Below, in pieces: positions 18,704-29,078 of a stretch of 46,863 nt of DNA. Location: IMG/VR virus record IMGVR_UViG_2541047864_000006. One strand, 5' to 3'. Source of the DNA: a virus (Duplodnaviria > Heunggongvirae > Uroviricota > Caudoviricetes). The notes under the pieces were generated by a model, which saw nothing but the letters and a program-made list of their open reading frames with translations, had not been told where the DNA came from and did not search any database. Position numbers and translations under genes: made by a program. Numbering within the stretch: the first letter of the stretch is position 1; each line of letters opens with the position of its first letter.

Positions 18704-19066
18704 ATTAATATTAAATCGGATTATTTTTAGCGCTGAATGTGAAATTTAAATAAAAAGGACTCTTCCATGAGTCAAAATCCTTGAAATCTTAAGGGTAAGA
18801 TAAAAGGTCATTAGACAGAATGACACGTTTTATTAATAAATAAAGCTATTGTTTCATTCGTGTGTTTTTCTTTACAAAAGTAATCCTTGCTATGGTTGGT
18901 TAATCATGCGTTAATGGTGTTCTGGTTTGTTACAAAATTATCTGAAGCAGTCATTGTTATAAATTTATTATTTGTACCTCTTGAGATTTCCTTGTTGGTT
19001 TTTCTCTCTGATATTTTTTTTCGGACCATTCTGCCCAAGGGCTAACTTCTTCAAAAGGTAATAATG

Positions 19067-19279
19067 ATGTCTAACAAAATGACTGGTTTAGTGAAATGGT
19101 TTAACCCTGAAAAAGGTTTTGGTTTCATCACGCCGAAAGATGGTAGCAAAGATGTGTTTGTCCATTTCTCAGCTATTCAGAGCAACGATTTCAAAACGTT
19201 AACTGAGAATCAGGAAGTCGAATTTGGTATTGAGAACGGACCTAAAGGCCCCGCGGCTGTTCATGTAGTGGCACTTTGA
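19067..19279 (+). CDS. cspI: Cold-shock protein, CspI-like
   Basis: 70 aa; matches E. coli CspI by recall ([45 protein letters not shown]). Confidence 0.9.
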   Translation: MSNKMTGLVKWFNPEKGFGFITPKDGSKDVFVHFSAIQSNDFKTLTENQEVEFGIENGPKGPAAVHVVAL

Positions 19280-19478
19280 GGTAGAAAATATTACAAACCA
19301 TATTCACTTTAGATGCCCGTGTTGCCATGGTTCTCAGTATAGAACATCATCTTTTGATGTTTCTGACAGGAATCCTTTCGGGGCAAAATGTATCTTTTGT
19401 AAATCAATGATGATTACATTTGATAATATTTCACAATACTTAAATGTTAGCCGTCTGTCGTTAGATTTAAGAAAGTGA
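19269..19478 (+). pseudogene. Zinc-ribbon ORF (CPCC...CIFC) lacking an in-frame ATG/GTG/TTG start; possible pseudogene or non-canonical start
   Basis: 69-codon open frame directly after cspI; first in-frame ATG only at 19407. Confidence 0.35.
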
Positions 19479-19484
19479 AAATGA

Positions 19485-19508
19485 AGGCTCCTTCGGGAGC
19501 TTTTTTGC
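19485..19508 (+). terminator. Rho-independent terminator
   Basis: Stem GCTCC/GGAGC, TTCG loop, then TTTTTT. Confidence 0.7.
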
Positions 19509-19550
19509 TTAGTGTCTAGTCGATGGATACTCACATATTACGGTAACATT

Positions 19551-19781
19551 ATGAAAAAAATAATAGTTTTTTTTAACTCTGAACCAGCAATGGTAGTGCC
19601 AGTGATGACCGGAGTTAACACCATCATGCGTGAATATCCAAATGGCGAAACAACACACCTCACTGTAATGGCTGCAGGGTTTCCATCTCTGACCGGAGAT
19701 CATAAAGTCATTTATGTAGCAGCGGATCGACATGTAACTTCAGAAGAAATTCTGGAAGCAGCAATGAGACTCTTGAATTGA
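19551..19781 (+). CDS. Hypothetical small protein (Qin-type moron)
   Basis: 76 aa from ATG 19551; weak SD. Confidence 0.45.
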   Translation: MKKIIVFFNSEPAMVVPVMTGVNTIMREYPNGETTHLTVMAAGFPSLTGDHKVIYVAADRHVTSEEILEAAMRLLN

Positions 19782-19953
19782 TTTGATTCTAATGCATTGA
19801 TAATAAATGATAATCATCTTTATCTGTTTGTGTGAAATTTAGACCGTCGTATGTTGATTATTGCGATGTTTCATCTTATCTTTTATACGTTTGCTCCATA
19901 TAATTGACACTACTGTGTACCAGGAAAGTCATAACAGACTAAAAGAGGAAATG

Positions 19954-20127
19954 ATGAACATTGAAGAGTTAAAAACAAAAACAGAAGCAGATATTTCTGA
20001 ATATATAACAAAAAAAATCATTGAGCTTAAGAAAAAGACCGGGAAAGAAGTTACCAGTATCCAGTTTACTGCACGGGAAAAAATGACTGGTCTTGAAAGC
20101 TATGATATCAAGATTGATTTAATCTAG
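19954..20127 (+). CDS. gnsB: GnsA/GnsB-family protein
   Basis: 57 aa; MNIEELK...FTAREKMTGLESYD matches Gns family by recall; AGAGGA SD. Confidence 0.85.
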   Translation: MNIEELKTKTEADISEYITKKIIELKKKTGKEVTSIQFTAREKMTGLESYDIKIDLI

Positions 20128-20422
20128 TATGTTTATAGTATTAGCATCAATTTCTCATCAGATGCTATTCAACAATACAAATTACCCATAAACCTCGTTT
20201 TTACGGGGTTTTGTTATATTTAAACATTACCGAATAGATATAAATCTCGATTGTCGATGGTATTGGTTGTGTGACAATACCTAGTCTTTCCGGTATGCCT
20301 GAAGAGAATACAAATGACAGATTATGTAAGGGAAACGCGCTGAAACTTTCACTCTTTCATGCTGAGTGATTTGACGTTATATTTTTAGCCGCAAGTGAAG
20401 AGCAAACGCATGGAGCGACAAA

Positions 20423-20629
20423 ATGCATAAAGATCAATACACTGATGCCCCCTCCCAGGAGCAGGTTCGTGTAAAAACTATGCTTAATAGCACCATTTCG
20501 ATGGGTTACCCGGATGTTGTAATTGCATGTATAGAACATCAAGTGTCTCTGGAAGCATTCAGGGCAATTGAGGCAGCGTTGGTGAAGCACGATAAGAATT
20601 CGAAGGATTATTCCTTGGTGGTTGACTGA
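20423..20629 (+). CDS. Hypothetical small protein
   Basis: 68-aa ORF; GGAG SD 8-12 nt upstream. Confidence 0.45.
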   Translation: MHKDQYTDAPSQEQVRVKTMLNSTISMGYPDVVIACIEHQVSLEAFRAIEAALVKHDKNSKDYSLVVD

Positions 20630-20879
20630 TCACCATAACTGCTAACCATTCAAACTATTTCACCTGTGACAGAGTCAATATCGCATTCTGTCACTGTCAG
20701 GCTAATACAGAACTACAATTCAACTACTGCAATGCCTCGTAATTAGGTGAATTTACAATATCGTCCTGTTCGGATGCCAACTGCATTTCTGAGGATAAGG
20801 CGTTTATGACTCACATATTTGTCCCACACGCTCGCCAGTCCTGTGCGGGGTGGGAGGGGAGGTAAAGAAACCGGGATAT

Positions 20880-21074
20880 TCATTCTTCATCACTTTTGAT
20901 TGATGTATATGCTCTCTTTTCTGACGTTAGTCTCCGACGGCAGGCTTCAATGACCCAGGCTGAGAAATTCCCGGACCCTTTTTGATCAAGAGCGATGTTA
21001 ATTTGTTCAATCATTTGGTTAGGAAAGCGGATGTTGCGGGTTGTTGTTCTGCGGGTTCTGTTCTTCGTTGACAT
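20880..21074 (-). CDS. Small ribbon-helix-helix-like protein (DUF3950/YlcI-like; lambda right-end gene homolog)
   Basis: 64 aa from ATG 21074; NIRFPNQMIEQINIAL resembles RHH N-terminus; region is collinear with my recollection of the lambda right end. Confidence 0.5.
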   Translation of the reverse strand: MSTKNRTRRTTTRNIRFPNQMIEQINIALDQKGSGNFSAWVIEACRRRLTSEKRAYTSIKSDEE

Positions 21075-21273
21075 GAGGTTGTCCCGTATTCTGTGTTGCT
21101 GATTTGTATTGTCTGAAGTTGTTTTTACGTTAAGTTGATGCGGATCAATTAATACGATACCTGCGTCATAATTGATTATTTGACGTGGTTTGATGGCGTA
21201 CACGCACGTTGTGATATGTAGATGATAATTATTATCATTTTTCGGGTCCTTTCCGGCGATCCGACAGGTTACG

Positions 21274-21285
21274 GGGCGGCGACCT
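21274..21285. other. cosN (12-nt cohesive-end sequence GGGCGGCGACCT) within a lambda-like cos region
   Basis: Exact lambda cohesive-end 12-mer; flanking sequence matches lambda left-end start from memory; lies just upstream of Nu1. Confidence 0.7.
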
Positions 21286-21501
21286 CGCGGTTTTTCGCTA
21301 TTTATGAGATTTTTTGAGGGGGTGGTTGTTGTTTAATTGTTTGGTATATCTAATTGATAAGTAAGGTGAAAATAAAATAAATACAACAACCTTACGATGT
21401 GCTTTGATGTCATTAATGTGAAAAAATTAAATGATATCAAATGGTTTTGTAAAAACACATGGTTGTTGTATCGCTTTTTATCGATGACTTATGGAGAGGA
21501 G

Positions 21502-22008
21502 ATGGCCTTTTTATTGAATAAAAGTGATATGGCCTCCTCCATCGGTATCTCTGTTCAGGCATTTGATAAATGGGGCGTTCCTCCTGTCGAGCGTCGGGGG
21601 AGGGAAGTTTTTTATGACGTTAAAACTGTACTGGAGATAGATCGCGAGCGGCGACAACACAATCATAGAACACCTGATGACGGGGGCGATCTGGAGGAAA
21701 GGCTGCTTCGGGCCAGAGCTGAACTGACAGAAGAACAGGCCGTAGCTCAAAAACTTAAAAATCAGGTAACCGAAGGTAAGCTCATCGATTCAGACTTCTG
21801 CGTTTTCGCCCTCAGCAAGCTGGCGATGGCATTGTCCAGTACGCTTGATTCTATTCCGTTATCCATGCAGCGACAGTTCCCGGATTTAACGCCACGTCAT
21901 CTTGACCATCTGAAAACCCTTATTGCGAAGGGCGCAAATCAGTGTGCGCGGGCAGGGGATAAATTACCGGATTTGCTGGATGAATATATCAGAGCAACAA
22001 CTGAATAA
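21502..22008 (+). CDS. nu1: Terminase small subunit (Nu1-like)
   Basis: 168 aa from ATG 21502 (GGAGAGGAG SD); C-terminal half resembles lambda Nu1. Confidence 0.85.
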   Translation: MAFLLNKSDMASSIGISVQAFDKWGVPPVERRGREVFYDVKTVLEIDRERRQHNHRTPDDGGDLEERLLRARAELTEEQAVAQKLKNQVTEGKLIDSDFCVFALSKLAMALSSTLDSIPLSMQRQFPDLTPRHLDHLKTLIAKGANQCARAGDKLPDLLDEYIRATTE

Positions 22009-23908
22009 TCTGATGGCTGCCGTTTCGGTTGCGCTGCAGCCTCTGGTCAGGGTTGTACCGATGACGGCAGTTGAATGGGCTGACCAGTATTATTATCTGC
22101 CGAAAGAATCCTCATACGGTGACGGCGAATGGAAAACGCTGCCGTTCCAGATCGCCATCATGAACAGTATGGGGAATGATCAGGTCCGCACTGTTAATCT
22201 GATTAAATCTGCCCGTGTTGGCTATACAAAGATGTTGCTGGGGGTGGTCGGGTATTTTATTGAGCATAAATCCCGAAACAGTCTGCTTTTTCAGCCCACG
22301 GATTCTGCCGCTGAAGATTTTATGAAGTCTCACGTGGAGACGACGATTAGGGACGTGCCATGCCTGAAAGACCTTTCCCCATGGCTGGGTCGTAAACATC
22401 GTGATAATACCCTCACGCTGAAACGCTTTTCATCGGGCGTCGGTTTCTGGTGCCTGGGCGGCGCTGCCGCCAAAAACTACCGTGAAAAATCCGTGGATGT
22501 GGTCTGCTATGACGAACTTTCCTCGTTCGAACCGGATGTTGAAAAAGAGGGTTCGCCAACCCTGCTGGGGGATAAACGTATTGAGGGCTCTGTATGGCCA
22601 AAATCCATTCGCGGCTCGACGCCTAAAATCAAAGGCTCCTGCCAGATCGAAAAAGCCGCTAACGAGTCGGCACATTTCATGCGTTTTTATGTGCCCTGCC
22701 CGCACTGTGGGGAGGCGCAGTATCTGAAATTTGGCGATGAATCCACGCCTTTTGGCCTTAAATGGGAGAAGGACAGCCCCGAAAGCGTTTTCTACCTCTG
22801 TGAACATCATGGCTGCGTGATCCATCAGTCTGAGCTTGACCAGAGCAACGGGCGGTGGATCTGTGAAAACACGGGCATGTGGACCCGTGACGGCCTGATG
22901 TTTTTCAGCGCCCGGGGTGATGAAATTCCGCCGCCGCGCTCCATCACTTTCCATATCTGGACGGCGTACAGTCCGTTCACCACCTGGGTACAGATAGTCT
23001 ATGACTGGCTGGATGCACTGAAAGATCCCAACGGCCTGAAAACCTTTGTGAACACCACGCTGGGCGAGACCTACGAAGAGGCCGTGGGCGAAAAACTCGA
23101 TCACCAGGTACTGATTGATAAGGTCGTGCATTACACGGCGGCGGTGCCAGCCCGGGTGGTTTATCTGACGGCGGGCATTGACTCGCAGCGAAACCGTTTT
23201 GAGATGTATGTCTGGGGATGGGCTCCGGGAGAGGAAGCCTTTCTGGTGGATAAAATCATCATTATGGGACGTCCCGATGAGGAAGAGACGCTGTTACGTG
23301 TGGATGCGGCGATCAACAAAAAATACCGCCATGCAGACGGAACCGAAATGACCATTTCCCGTGTCTGCTGGGACATCGGGGGTATCGATGGCGAAATCGT
23401 TTATCAGAGGTCAAAAAAACACGGTGTTTTCCGGGTGCTGCCGGTAAAAGGCGCATCTGTCTATGGCAAGCCGGTGATCACCATGCCAAAAACCCGCAAT
23501 CAGCGGGGCGTGTATCTGTGTGAAGTGGGGACAGACACCGCAAAAGAAATTCTCTATGCCCGTATGAAAGCCGAGCCCACGCCTGCGGATGAATCCACGT
23601 CGTATGCCATCCGTTTTCCTGATGATCCGGAGATTTTTTCGCAGACAGAGGCGCAGCAACTGGTCGCGGAAGAGCTTGTGGAGAAGTGGGAAAAAGGAAA
23701 GATGCGTCTGCTGTGGGATAACAAAAAGCGGCGTAACGAAGCGCTGGACTGCCTGGTGTATGCCTACGCGGCATTACGTGTGTCCGTGCAACGCTGGCAG
23801 CTTGATCTGGCTGTACTGGCAAAATCCCGGGAAGAAGAGACGACCCGGCCAACCCTTAAAGAACTGGCAGCGAAGCTGTCCGGAGGAGTGAATGGTTACA
23901 GTCGCTGA
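21980..23908 (+). CDS. A: Terminase large subunit (gpA-like)
   Basis: 642 aa from ATG 21980; extensive similarity to lambda gpA by recall (TAVEWAD..YYLPKES, GIDSQ, KRRNEALDC). Confidence 0.95.
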   Translation: MNISEQQLNNLMAAVSVALQPLVRVVPMTAVEWADQYYYLPKESSYGDGEWKTLPFQIAIMNSMGNDQVRTVNLIKSARVGYTKMLLGVVGYFIEHKSRNSLLFQPTDSAAEDFMKSHVETTIRDVPCLKDLSPWLGRKHRDNTLTLKRFSSGVGFWCLGGAAAKNYREKSVDVVCYDELSSFEPDVEKEGSPTLLGDKRIEGSVWPKSIRGSTPKIKGSCQIEKAANESAHFMRFYVPCPHCGEAQYLKFGDESTPFGLKWEKDSPESVFYLCEHHGCVIHQSELDQSNGRWICENTGMWTRDGLMFFSARGDEIPPPRSITFHIWTAYSPFTTWVQIVYDWLDALKDPNGLKTFVNTTLGETYEEAVGEKLDHQVLIDKVVHYTAAVPARVVYLTAGIDSQRNRFEMYVWGWAPGEEAFLVDKIIIMGRPDEEETLLRVDAAINKKYRHADGTEMTISRVCWDIGGIDGEIVYQRSKKHGVFRVLPVKGASVYGKPVITMPKTRNQRGVYLCEVGTDTAKEILYARMKAEPTPADESTSYAIRFPDDPEIFSQTEAQQLVAEELVEKWEKGKMRLLWDNKKRRNEALDCLVYAYAALRVSVQRWQLDLAVLAKSREEETTRPTLKELAAKLSGGVNGYSR

Positions 23909-24098
23909 ACTGCAGGCGCTGCGTCAGGCGCGCCTTGATTTATTAACCGGTAAACGGGTGGTGTCTGTCCAGAAAGATGGTCGCAGAATTGAATATACGG
24001 CGGCTTCTCTGGATGAGCTTAACCGGGCGATCAATGATGCGGAGTCGGTACTGGGGACAACCCGACGTCGCCGTCGTCCGCTGGGAGTGAGGTTATGA
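23892..24098 (+). CDS. W: Head-tail joining protein W
   Basis: 68 aa; LTGKRVVSVQKDGRRIEYTAAS resembles lambda gpW. Confidence 0.85.
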   Translation: MVTVAELQALRQARLDLLTGKRVVSVQKDGRRIEYTAASLDELNRAINDAESVLGTTRRRRRPLGVRL

Positions 24099-25687
24099 AA
24101 CGAACGCCTGTCCTGATTGATGTGAACGGTGTTCCGCTTCGTGAGAGTCTCAGCTACAACGGGGGCGGCGCAGGATTTGGCGGGCAAATGGCGGAGTGGT
24201 TGCCACCTGCGCAGAGTGCCGATGCGGCCCTGCTGCCCGCGTTGCGTCTGGGGAATGCCCGGGCAGATGATCTAGTGCGCAATAACGGAATAGCGGCTAA
24301 TGCGGTTGCCCTGCATAAGGATCACATTGTCGGGCATATGTTTCTGATCAGCTACCGTCCGAACTGGCGCTGGCTGGGGATGCGGGAGACCGCAGCAAAA
24401 AGCTTTGTCGATGAGGTGGAGGCGGCCTGGTCGGAATACGCCGAAGGGATGTTTGGCGAGATCGACGTGGAAGGAAAACGCACGTTCACGGAATTTATCC
24501 GTGAAGGTGTGGGCGTTCATGCGTTTAACGGCGAAATCTTTGTGCAGCCGGTCTGGGATACGGAAACCACGCAGTTATTCCGTACGCGTTTTAAAGCTGT
24601 GAGTCCGAAACGGGTGGACACGCCTGGACACGGTATGGGGAACCGTTTTCTGCGGGCCGGTGTGGAGGTCGATCGATATGGCCGTGCCGTCGCGTACCAT
24701 ATCTGTGAGGATGATTTTCCGTTCTCTGGTAGTGGACGATGGGAACGGATCCCGCGTGAACTTCCCACCGGGCGTCCGGCCATGCTGCATATTTTCGAGC
24801 CGGTGGAGGACGGGCAGACCCGTGGGGCTAATCAGTTTTACAGCGTCATGGAACGGCTGAAGATGCTCGATTCCCTGCAGGCAACACAGCTTCAGTCGGC
24901 CATAGTGAAGGCGATGTATGCAGCGACGATTGAAAGTGAACTTGATACCGAAAAGGCCTTTGAATATATCGCCGGCGCGCCACAGGAGCAGAAGGATAAT
25001 CCGCTTATTAATATTCTGGAGAAGTTCTCCAGCTGGTATGACACGAATAACGTGACACTGGGCGGAGTCAAAATTCCGCACCTTTTCCCTGGTGATGATC
25101 TGAAACTACAGACTGCGCAGGATTCAGACAATGGATTTTCTGCACTTGAACAGGCGCTGCTGCGGTATATCGCCGCCGGTCTTGGCGTTTCCTACGAACA
25201 GTTGTCCCGTGATTACTCGAAGGTCAGTTACTCAAGTGCCCGCGCCTCCGCCAATGAGTCGTGGCGCTATTTTATGGGGCGGCGAAAATTTATTGCGGCC
25301 CGGCTGGCCACGCAGATGTTTTCCTGCTGGCTGGAAGAGGCACTTCTTCGGGGGATTATTCGTCCGCCACGGGCACGTTTTGATTTTTATCAGGCGCGAT
25401 CAGCCTGGTCACGGGCAGAGTGGATTGGTGCCGGAAGAATGGCCATTGACGGGCTCAAGGAAGTCCAGGAATCAGTGATGCGCATTGAGGCCGGACTGAG
25501 CACGTATGAGAAAGAGCTGGCGCTGATGGGCGAGGATTATCAGGACATTTTCCGCCAGCAGGTCAGGGAATCTGCAGAGCGGCAAAAAGCCGGACTCTCA
25601 CGTCCGGTGTGGATATCGCAGGCGTATCAGCAGCAGATAGCGGAGAGTCGCAGGCCGGAAGAGGAGACAACACCACGTGAGACGTAA
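24095..25687 (+). CDS. B: Portal protein (gpB-like)
   Basis: 530-aa ORF in the lambda B position. Confidence 0.9.
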   Translation: MKRTPVLIDVNGVPLRESLSYNGGGAGFGGQMAEWLPPAQSADAALLPALRLGNARADDLVRNNGIAANAVALHKDHIVGHMFLISYRPNWRWLGMRETAAKSFVDEVEAAWSEYAEGMFGEIDVEGKRTFTEFIREGVGVHAFNGEIFVQPVWDTETTQLFRTRFKAVSPKRVDTPGHGMGNRFLRAGVEVDRYGRAVAYHICEDDFPFSGSGRWERIPRELPTGRPAMLHIFEPVEDGQTRGANQFYSVMERLKMLDSLQATQLQSAIVKAMYAATIESELDTEKAFEYIAGAPQEQKDNPLINILEKFSSWYDTNNVTLGGVKIPHLFPGDDLKLQTAQDSDNGFSALEQALLRYIAAGLGVSYEQLSRDYSKVSYSSARASANESWRYFMGRRKFIAARLATQMFSCWLEEALLRGIIRPPRARFDFYQARSAWSRAEWIGAGRMAIDGLKEVQESVMRIEAGLSTYEKELALMGEDYQDIFRQQVRESAERQKAGLSRPVWISQAYQQQIAESRRPEEETTPRET

Positions 25688-27182
25688 TCTTTCACACATT
25701 ATTGCCGCAGCATTCAATGAACCGCTGCTTCTGGAGCCCGCCTATGCGCGGGTTTTCTTTTGCGCGCTCGGGCGCGAGATGGGGGCAGCAAGTCTTTCGG
25801 TACCACAACAACAGGTACAGCTTGATGCTCCCGGAATGCTGGCTGAAACGGACGAGTATATGGCCGGAGGTAAACGACCGGCCCGTGTTTACCGGGTGGT
25901 GAACGGTATTGCTGTACTGCCGGTGACCGGCACGCTGGTGCACCGGCTGGGTGGTATGCGGCCATTTTCCGGAATGACAGGCTATGACGGCATTGTCGCC
26001 TGTCTTCAGCAGGCAATGGCGGATAGCCAGGTGCGGGGCGTACTGCTGGACATTGACAGTCCGGGCGGGCAGGCCGCCGGCGCGTTTGACTGCGCTGACA
26101 TGATTTACCGCCTCCGTCAGCAGAAGCCGGTCTGGGCACTGTGCAATGACACGGCCTGTTCTGCAGCCATGCTGCTGGCGTCGGCCTGCTCCCGACGGCT
26201 GGTTACCCAGACATCCCGTATCGGCTCCATTGGCGTGATGATGAGCCATGTCAGCTATGCCGGTCATCTGGCGCAGGCCGGTGTGGATATCACGCTGATT
26301 TACTCAGGTGCGCACAAGGTGGATGGCAATCAGTTTGAAGCGTTGCCGGCAGAGGTTCGCCAGGACATGCAGCAGCGGATTGATGCGGCGCGCCGGATGT
26401 TTGCCGAAAAAGTGGCGATGTATACCGGTCTGTCTGTTGATGCCGTCACGGGAACAGAGGCTGCCGTTTTTGAAGGTCAGTCCGGCATTGAGGCCGGGCT
26501 GGCGGATGAATTAATCAATGCGTCGGATGCCATCAGTGTGATGGCCACGGCGCTGAACAGTAATGTCAGAGGAGGCACTATGCCGCAATTAACTGCAACG
26601 GAAGCCGCCGCGCAGGAGAACCAGCGAGTGATGGGGATCCTGACATGCCAGGAAGCGAAAGGACGTGAACAGCTTGCCACGATGCTGGCAGGACAACAGG
26701 GCATGAGCGTTGAACAGGCCCGGGCGATTCTGGCCGCGGCGGCACCGCAGCAGCCGGTGGCATCCACGCAGAGTGAAGCCGATCGCATTATGGCGTGTGA
26801 AGAAGCGAACGGTCGTGAACAACTGGCGGCAACGCTGGCGGCGATGCCGGAGATGACGGTGGAAAAAGCCCGCCCGATCCTGGCTGCTTCACCGCAGGCG
26901 GATGCCGGACCATCACTCCGTGATCAGATCATGGCACTGGATGAGGCAAAAGGGGCTGAGGCGCAGGCTGAACAGCTGGCTGCCTGCCCGGGAATGACAG
27001 TGGAGAGCGCCCGGGCTGTGCTGGCTGCGGGATCAGGTAAGGCAGAACCGGTCTCTGCATCCACAACCGCCATGTTTGAACATTTCATGGCGAACCATTC
27101 ACCGGCAGCGGTACAGGGTGGCGTGCCACAGACGTCAGCAGACGGTGATGCGGACGTGAAAATGCTCATGGCCATGCCATGA
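25677..27182 (+). CDS. C: Head maturation protease / scaffold (gpC with nested Nu3-like repeat region; S49/ClpP-fold peptidase)
   Basis: 501 aa, GTG start overlapping portal stop; S49 peptidase-like N-terminal half; C-terminal three ~40-aa repeats. Confidence 0.85.
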   Translation: MRRNLSHIIAAAFNEPLLLEPAYARVFFCALGREMGAASLSVPQQQVQLDAPGMLAETDEYMAGGKRPARVYRVVNGIAVLPVTGTLVHRLGGMRPFSGMTGYDGIVACLQQAMADSQVRGVLLDIDSPGGQAAGAFDCADMIYRLRQQKPVWALCNDTACSAAMLLASACSRRLVTQTSRIGSIGVMMSHVSYAGHLAQAGVDITLIYSGAHKVDGNQFEALPAEVRQDMQQRIDAARRMFAEKVAMYTGLSVDAVTGTEAAVFEGQSGIEAGLADELINASDAISVMATALNSNVRGGTMPQLTATEAAAQENQRVMGILTCQEAKGREQLATMLAGQQGMSVEQARAILAAAAPQQPVASTQSEADRIMACEEANGREQLAATLAAMPEMTVEKARPILAASPQADAGPSLRDQIMALDEAKGAEAQAEQLAACPGMTVESARAVLAAGSGKAEPVSASTTAMFEHFMANHSPAAVQGGVPQTSADGDADVKMLMAMP

Positions 27183-27218
27183 AGTCAGTGCTGACCATCA
27201 ATAGGAGGTTTTTACAAT

Positions 27219-27566
27219 ATGGTGACGAAAACCATCACTGAACAGCGTGCGGAAGTACGTATTTTTGCCGGTAATGATCCGGCTCATACCGCCACAGGCA
27301 GCAGCGGGATTTCCTCGCCAACACCGGCACTGACGCCCCTGATGCTGGATGAAGCCACCGGGAAACTGGTGGTCTGGGACGGACAGAAAGCCGGTAGTGC
27401 GGTTGGCATACTGGTACTGCCGCTTGAAGGTACAGAGACGGCGCTGACGTATTACAAGTCGGGAACCTTTGCGACGGAGGCAATCCACTGGCCTGAAAGT
27501 GTGGATGAACACAAAAAGGCCAACGCCTTTGCCGGCAGTGCCCTGAGTCACGCGGCGCTGCCGTAA
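27219..27566 (+). CDS. D: Head decoration protein D
   Basis: 115 aa; AGGAGG SD; resembles lambda gpD. Confidence 0.9.
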   Translation: MVTKTITEQRAEVRIFAGNDPAHTATGSSGISSPTPALTPLMLDEATGKLVVWDGQKAGSAVGILVLPLEGTETALTYYKSGTFATEAIHWPESVDEHKKANAFAGSALSHAALP

Positions 27567-27574
27567 CACGTTAT

Positions 27575-27594
27575 CAGGCCACCGCGGTGGCCTG
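27575..27594. other. Perfect 20-nt palindrome CAGGCCACCGCGGTGGCCTG between D and E (RNA hairpin)
   Basis: Read directly; no T-run, so not a canonical terminator. Confidence 0.4.
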
Positions 27595-27623
27595 ACTGAT
27601 TTCTGAATGAAAGGAACTGATTT

Positions 27624-28652
27624 ATGGGATTGTTTACGACCCGCCAGTTACTCGGTTATACCGAACAAAAAGTTAAATTTCGTGCGCTGTTTCTGGAGCT
27701 GTTTTTCCGCCGTACGGTGAATTTCCATACCGAAGAGGTGATGCTGGACAAAATTACCGGAAAAACGCCGGTGGCGGCCTATGTCTCCCCGGTTGTTGAA
27801 GGAAAAGTGCTGCGTCATCGTGGTGGTGAAACCCGCGTGTTGCGTCCGGGCTACGTCAAGCCGAAACACGAATTTAATTACCAGCAGGCGGTTGAGCGCC
27901 TTCCTGGTGAAGATCCATCTCAACTGAACGATCCGGCTTACCGCCGTCTGCGTATCATTACCGATAACCTCAAACAGGAAGAGCACGCGATTGTCCAGGT
28001 GGAAGAAATGCAGGCGGTAAATGCTGTGTTGTATGGCAAATACACCATGGAAGGAGACCAGTTCGAGAAAATTGAGGTCGATTTTGGCAGGTCGACGAAG
28101 AATAACATCACACAGGGTAGCGGTAAGGAATGGTCAAAACAGGATCGTGACACGTTCGATCCTACACATGATATTGACCTTTACTGCGACCAGGCCAGCG
28201 GTCTTGTGAATATTGCCATCATGGACGGTACCGTCTGGCGTCTGCTGAATGGTTTTAAGCTGTTTCGCGAAAAACTGGATACCCGTCGCGGTTCAAATTC
28301 ACAACTCGAAACGGCAGTGAAAGATCTGGGCGCAGTGGTGTCCTTCAAGGGGTATTACGGCGATCTGGCTATTGTTGTGGCGAAAACGTCTTATATAGCA
28401 GAAGACGGTATCGAAAAACGTTATCTTCCAGATGGCATGCTGGTCCTGGGGAATACTGCTGCAGATGGGATCCGTTGTTACGGAGCCATTCAGGATGCGC
28501 AGGCGTTTTCCGAAGGTGTGGTGGCTTCTTCCCGTTATCCGAAACACTGGCTGACGGTGGGGGATCCTGCCCGTGAATTTACCATGACGCAGTCCGCACC
28601 GCTGATGGTGTTGCCGGACCCGGATGAGTTTGTGGTGGTACAGGTGAAATAA
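27624..28652 (+). CDS. E: Major capsid protein E
   Basis: 342 aa; lambda E-like by recall and position. Confidence 0.95.
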   Translation: MGLFTTRQLLGYTEQKVKFRALFLELFFRRTVNFHTEEVMLDKITGKTPVAAYVSPVVEGKVLRHRGGETRVLRPGYVKPKHEFNYQQAVERLPGEDPSQLNDPAYRRLRIITDNLKQEEHAIVQVEEMQAVNAVLYGKYTMEGDQFEKIEVDFGRSTKNNITQGSGKEWSKQDRDTFDPTHDIDLYCDQASGLVNIAIMDGTVWRLLNGFKLFREKLDTRRGSNSQLETAVKDLGAVVSFKGYYGDLAIVVAKTSYIAEDGIEKRYLPDGMLVLGNTAADGIRCYGAIQDAQAFSEGVVASSRYPKHWLTVGDPAREFTMTQSAPLMVLPDPDEFVVVQVK

Positions 28653-28660
28653 TCCGTGAG

Positions 28661-28689
28661 CGGGGGCGAAATGCCCCCGTGTCTTTTTT
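28661..28689 (+). terminator. Intra-operon rho-independent terminator/attenuator after major capsid gene
   Basis: Stem GGGGGC/GCCCCC with GAAAT loop followed by GTGTCTTTTTT; between E stop (28652) and FI start (28704). Confidence 0.6.
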
Positions 28690-28703
28690 CACAGGGGGCT
28701 GAT

Positions 28704-29078
28704 ATGGCAACGAAAGAGCAAAATCTGAAACGGCTTGATGAACTGGCCCTGATTCTGGGGCGTGAGCCGGATATATCCGGGAGTGCCGCAGAGATAGCGC
28801 AGCGGGTGGCGGAATGGGAAGAGGAAATGCAGTCATCCGGCGATGATGTACAGGTTATGAATATGGATATCCGGGAGCAGGAAACCGCGGCTCATGATGT
28901 TCGTGAGGAAACATCCGGCGCGTTAACGCGCATCAGAGTTCTGACCTGCCTCCATCTCTGTGGCATTGATGGTGAAACGGGGGAATCCGTTGAGCTTGCG
29001 GATGTTGGTCGGGTGATTCTGATTATGTCCTCAGATGCAAAAACACACGTTGATGGCGGAATGGCTGTTTATGCGTGA
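28704..29078 (+). CDS. FI: DNA-packaging protein FI
   Basis: 124 aa from ATG 28704 (AGGGGG SD); acidic protein in lambda FI position. Confidence 0.75.
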   Translation: MATKEQNLKRLDELALILGREPDISGSAAEIAQRVAEWEEEMQSSGDDVQVMNMDIREQETAAHDVREETSGALTRIRVLTCLHLCGIDGETGESVELADVGRVILIMSSDAKTHVDGGMAVYA

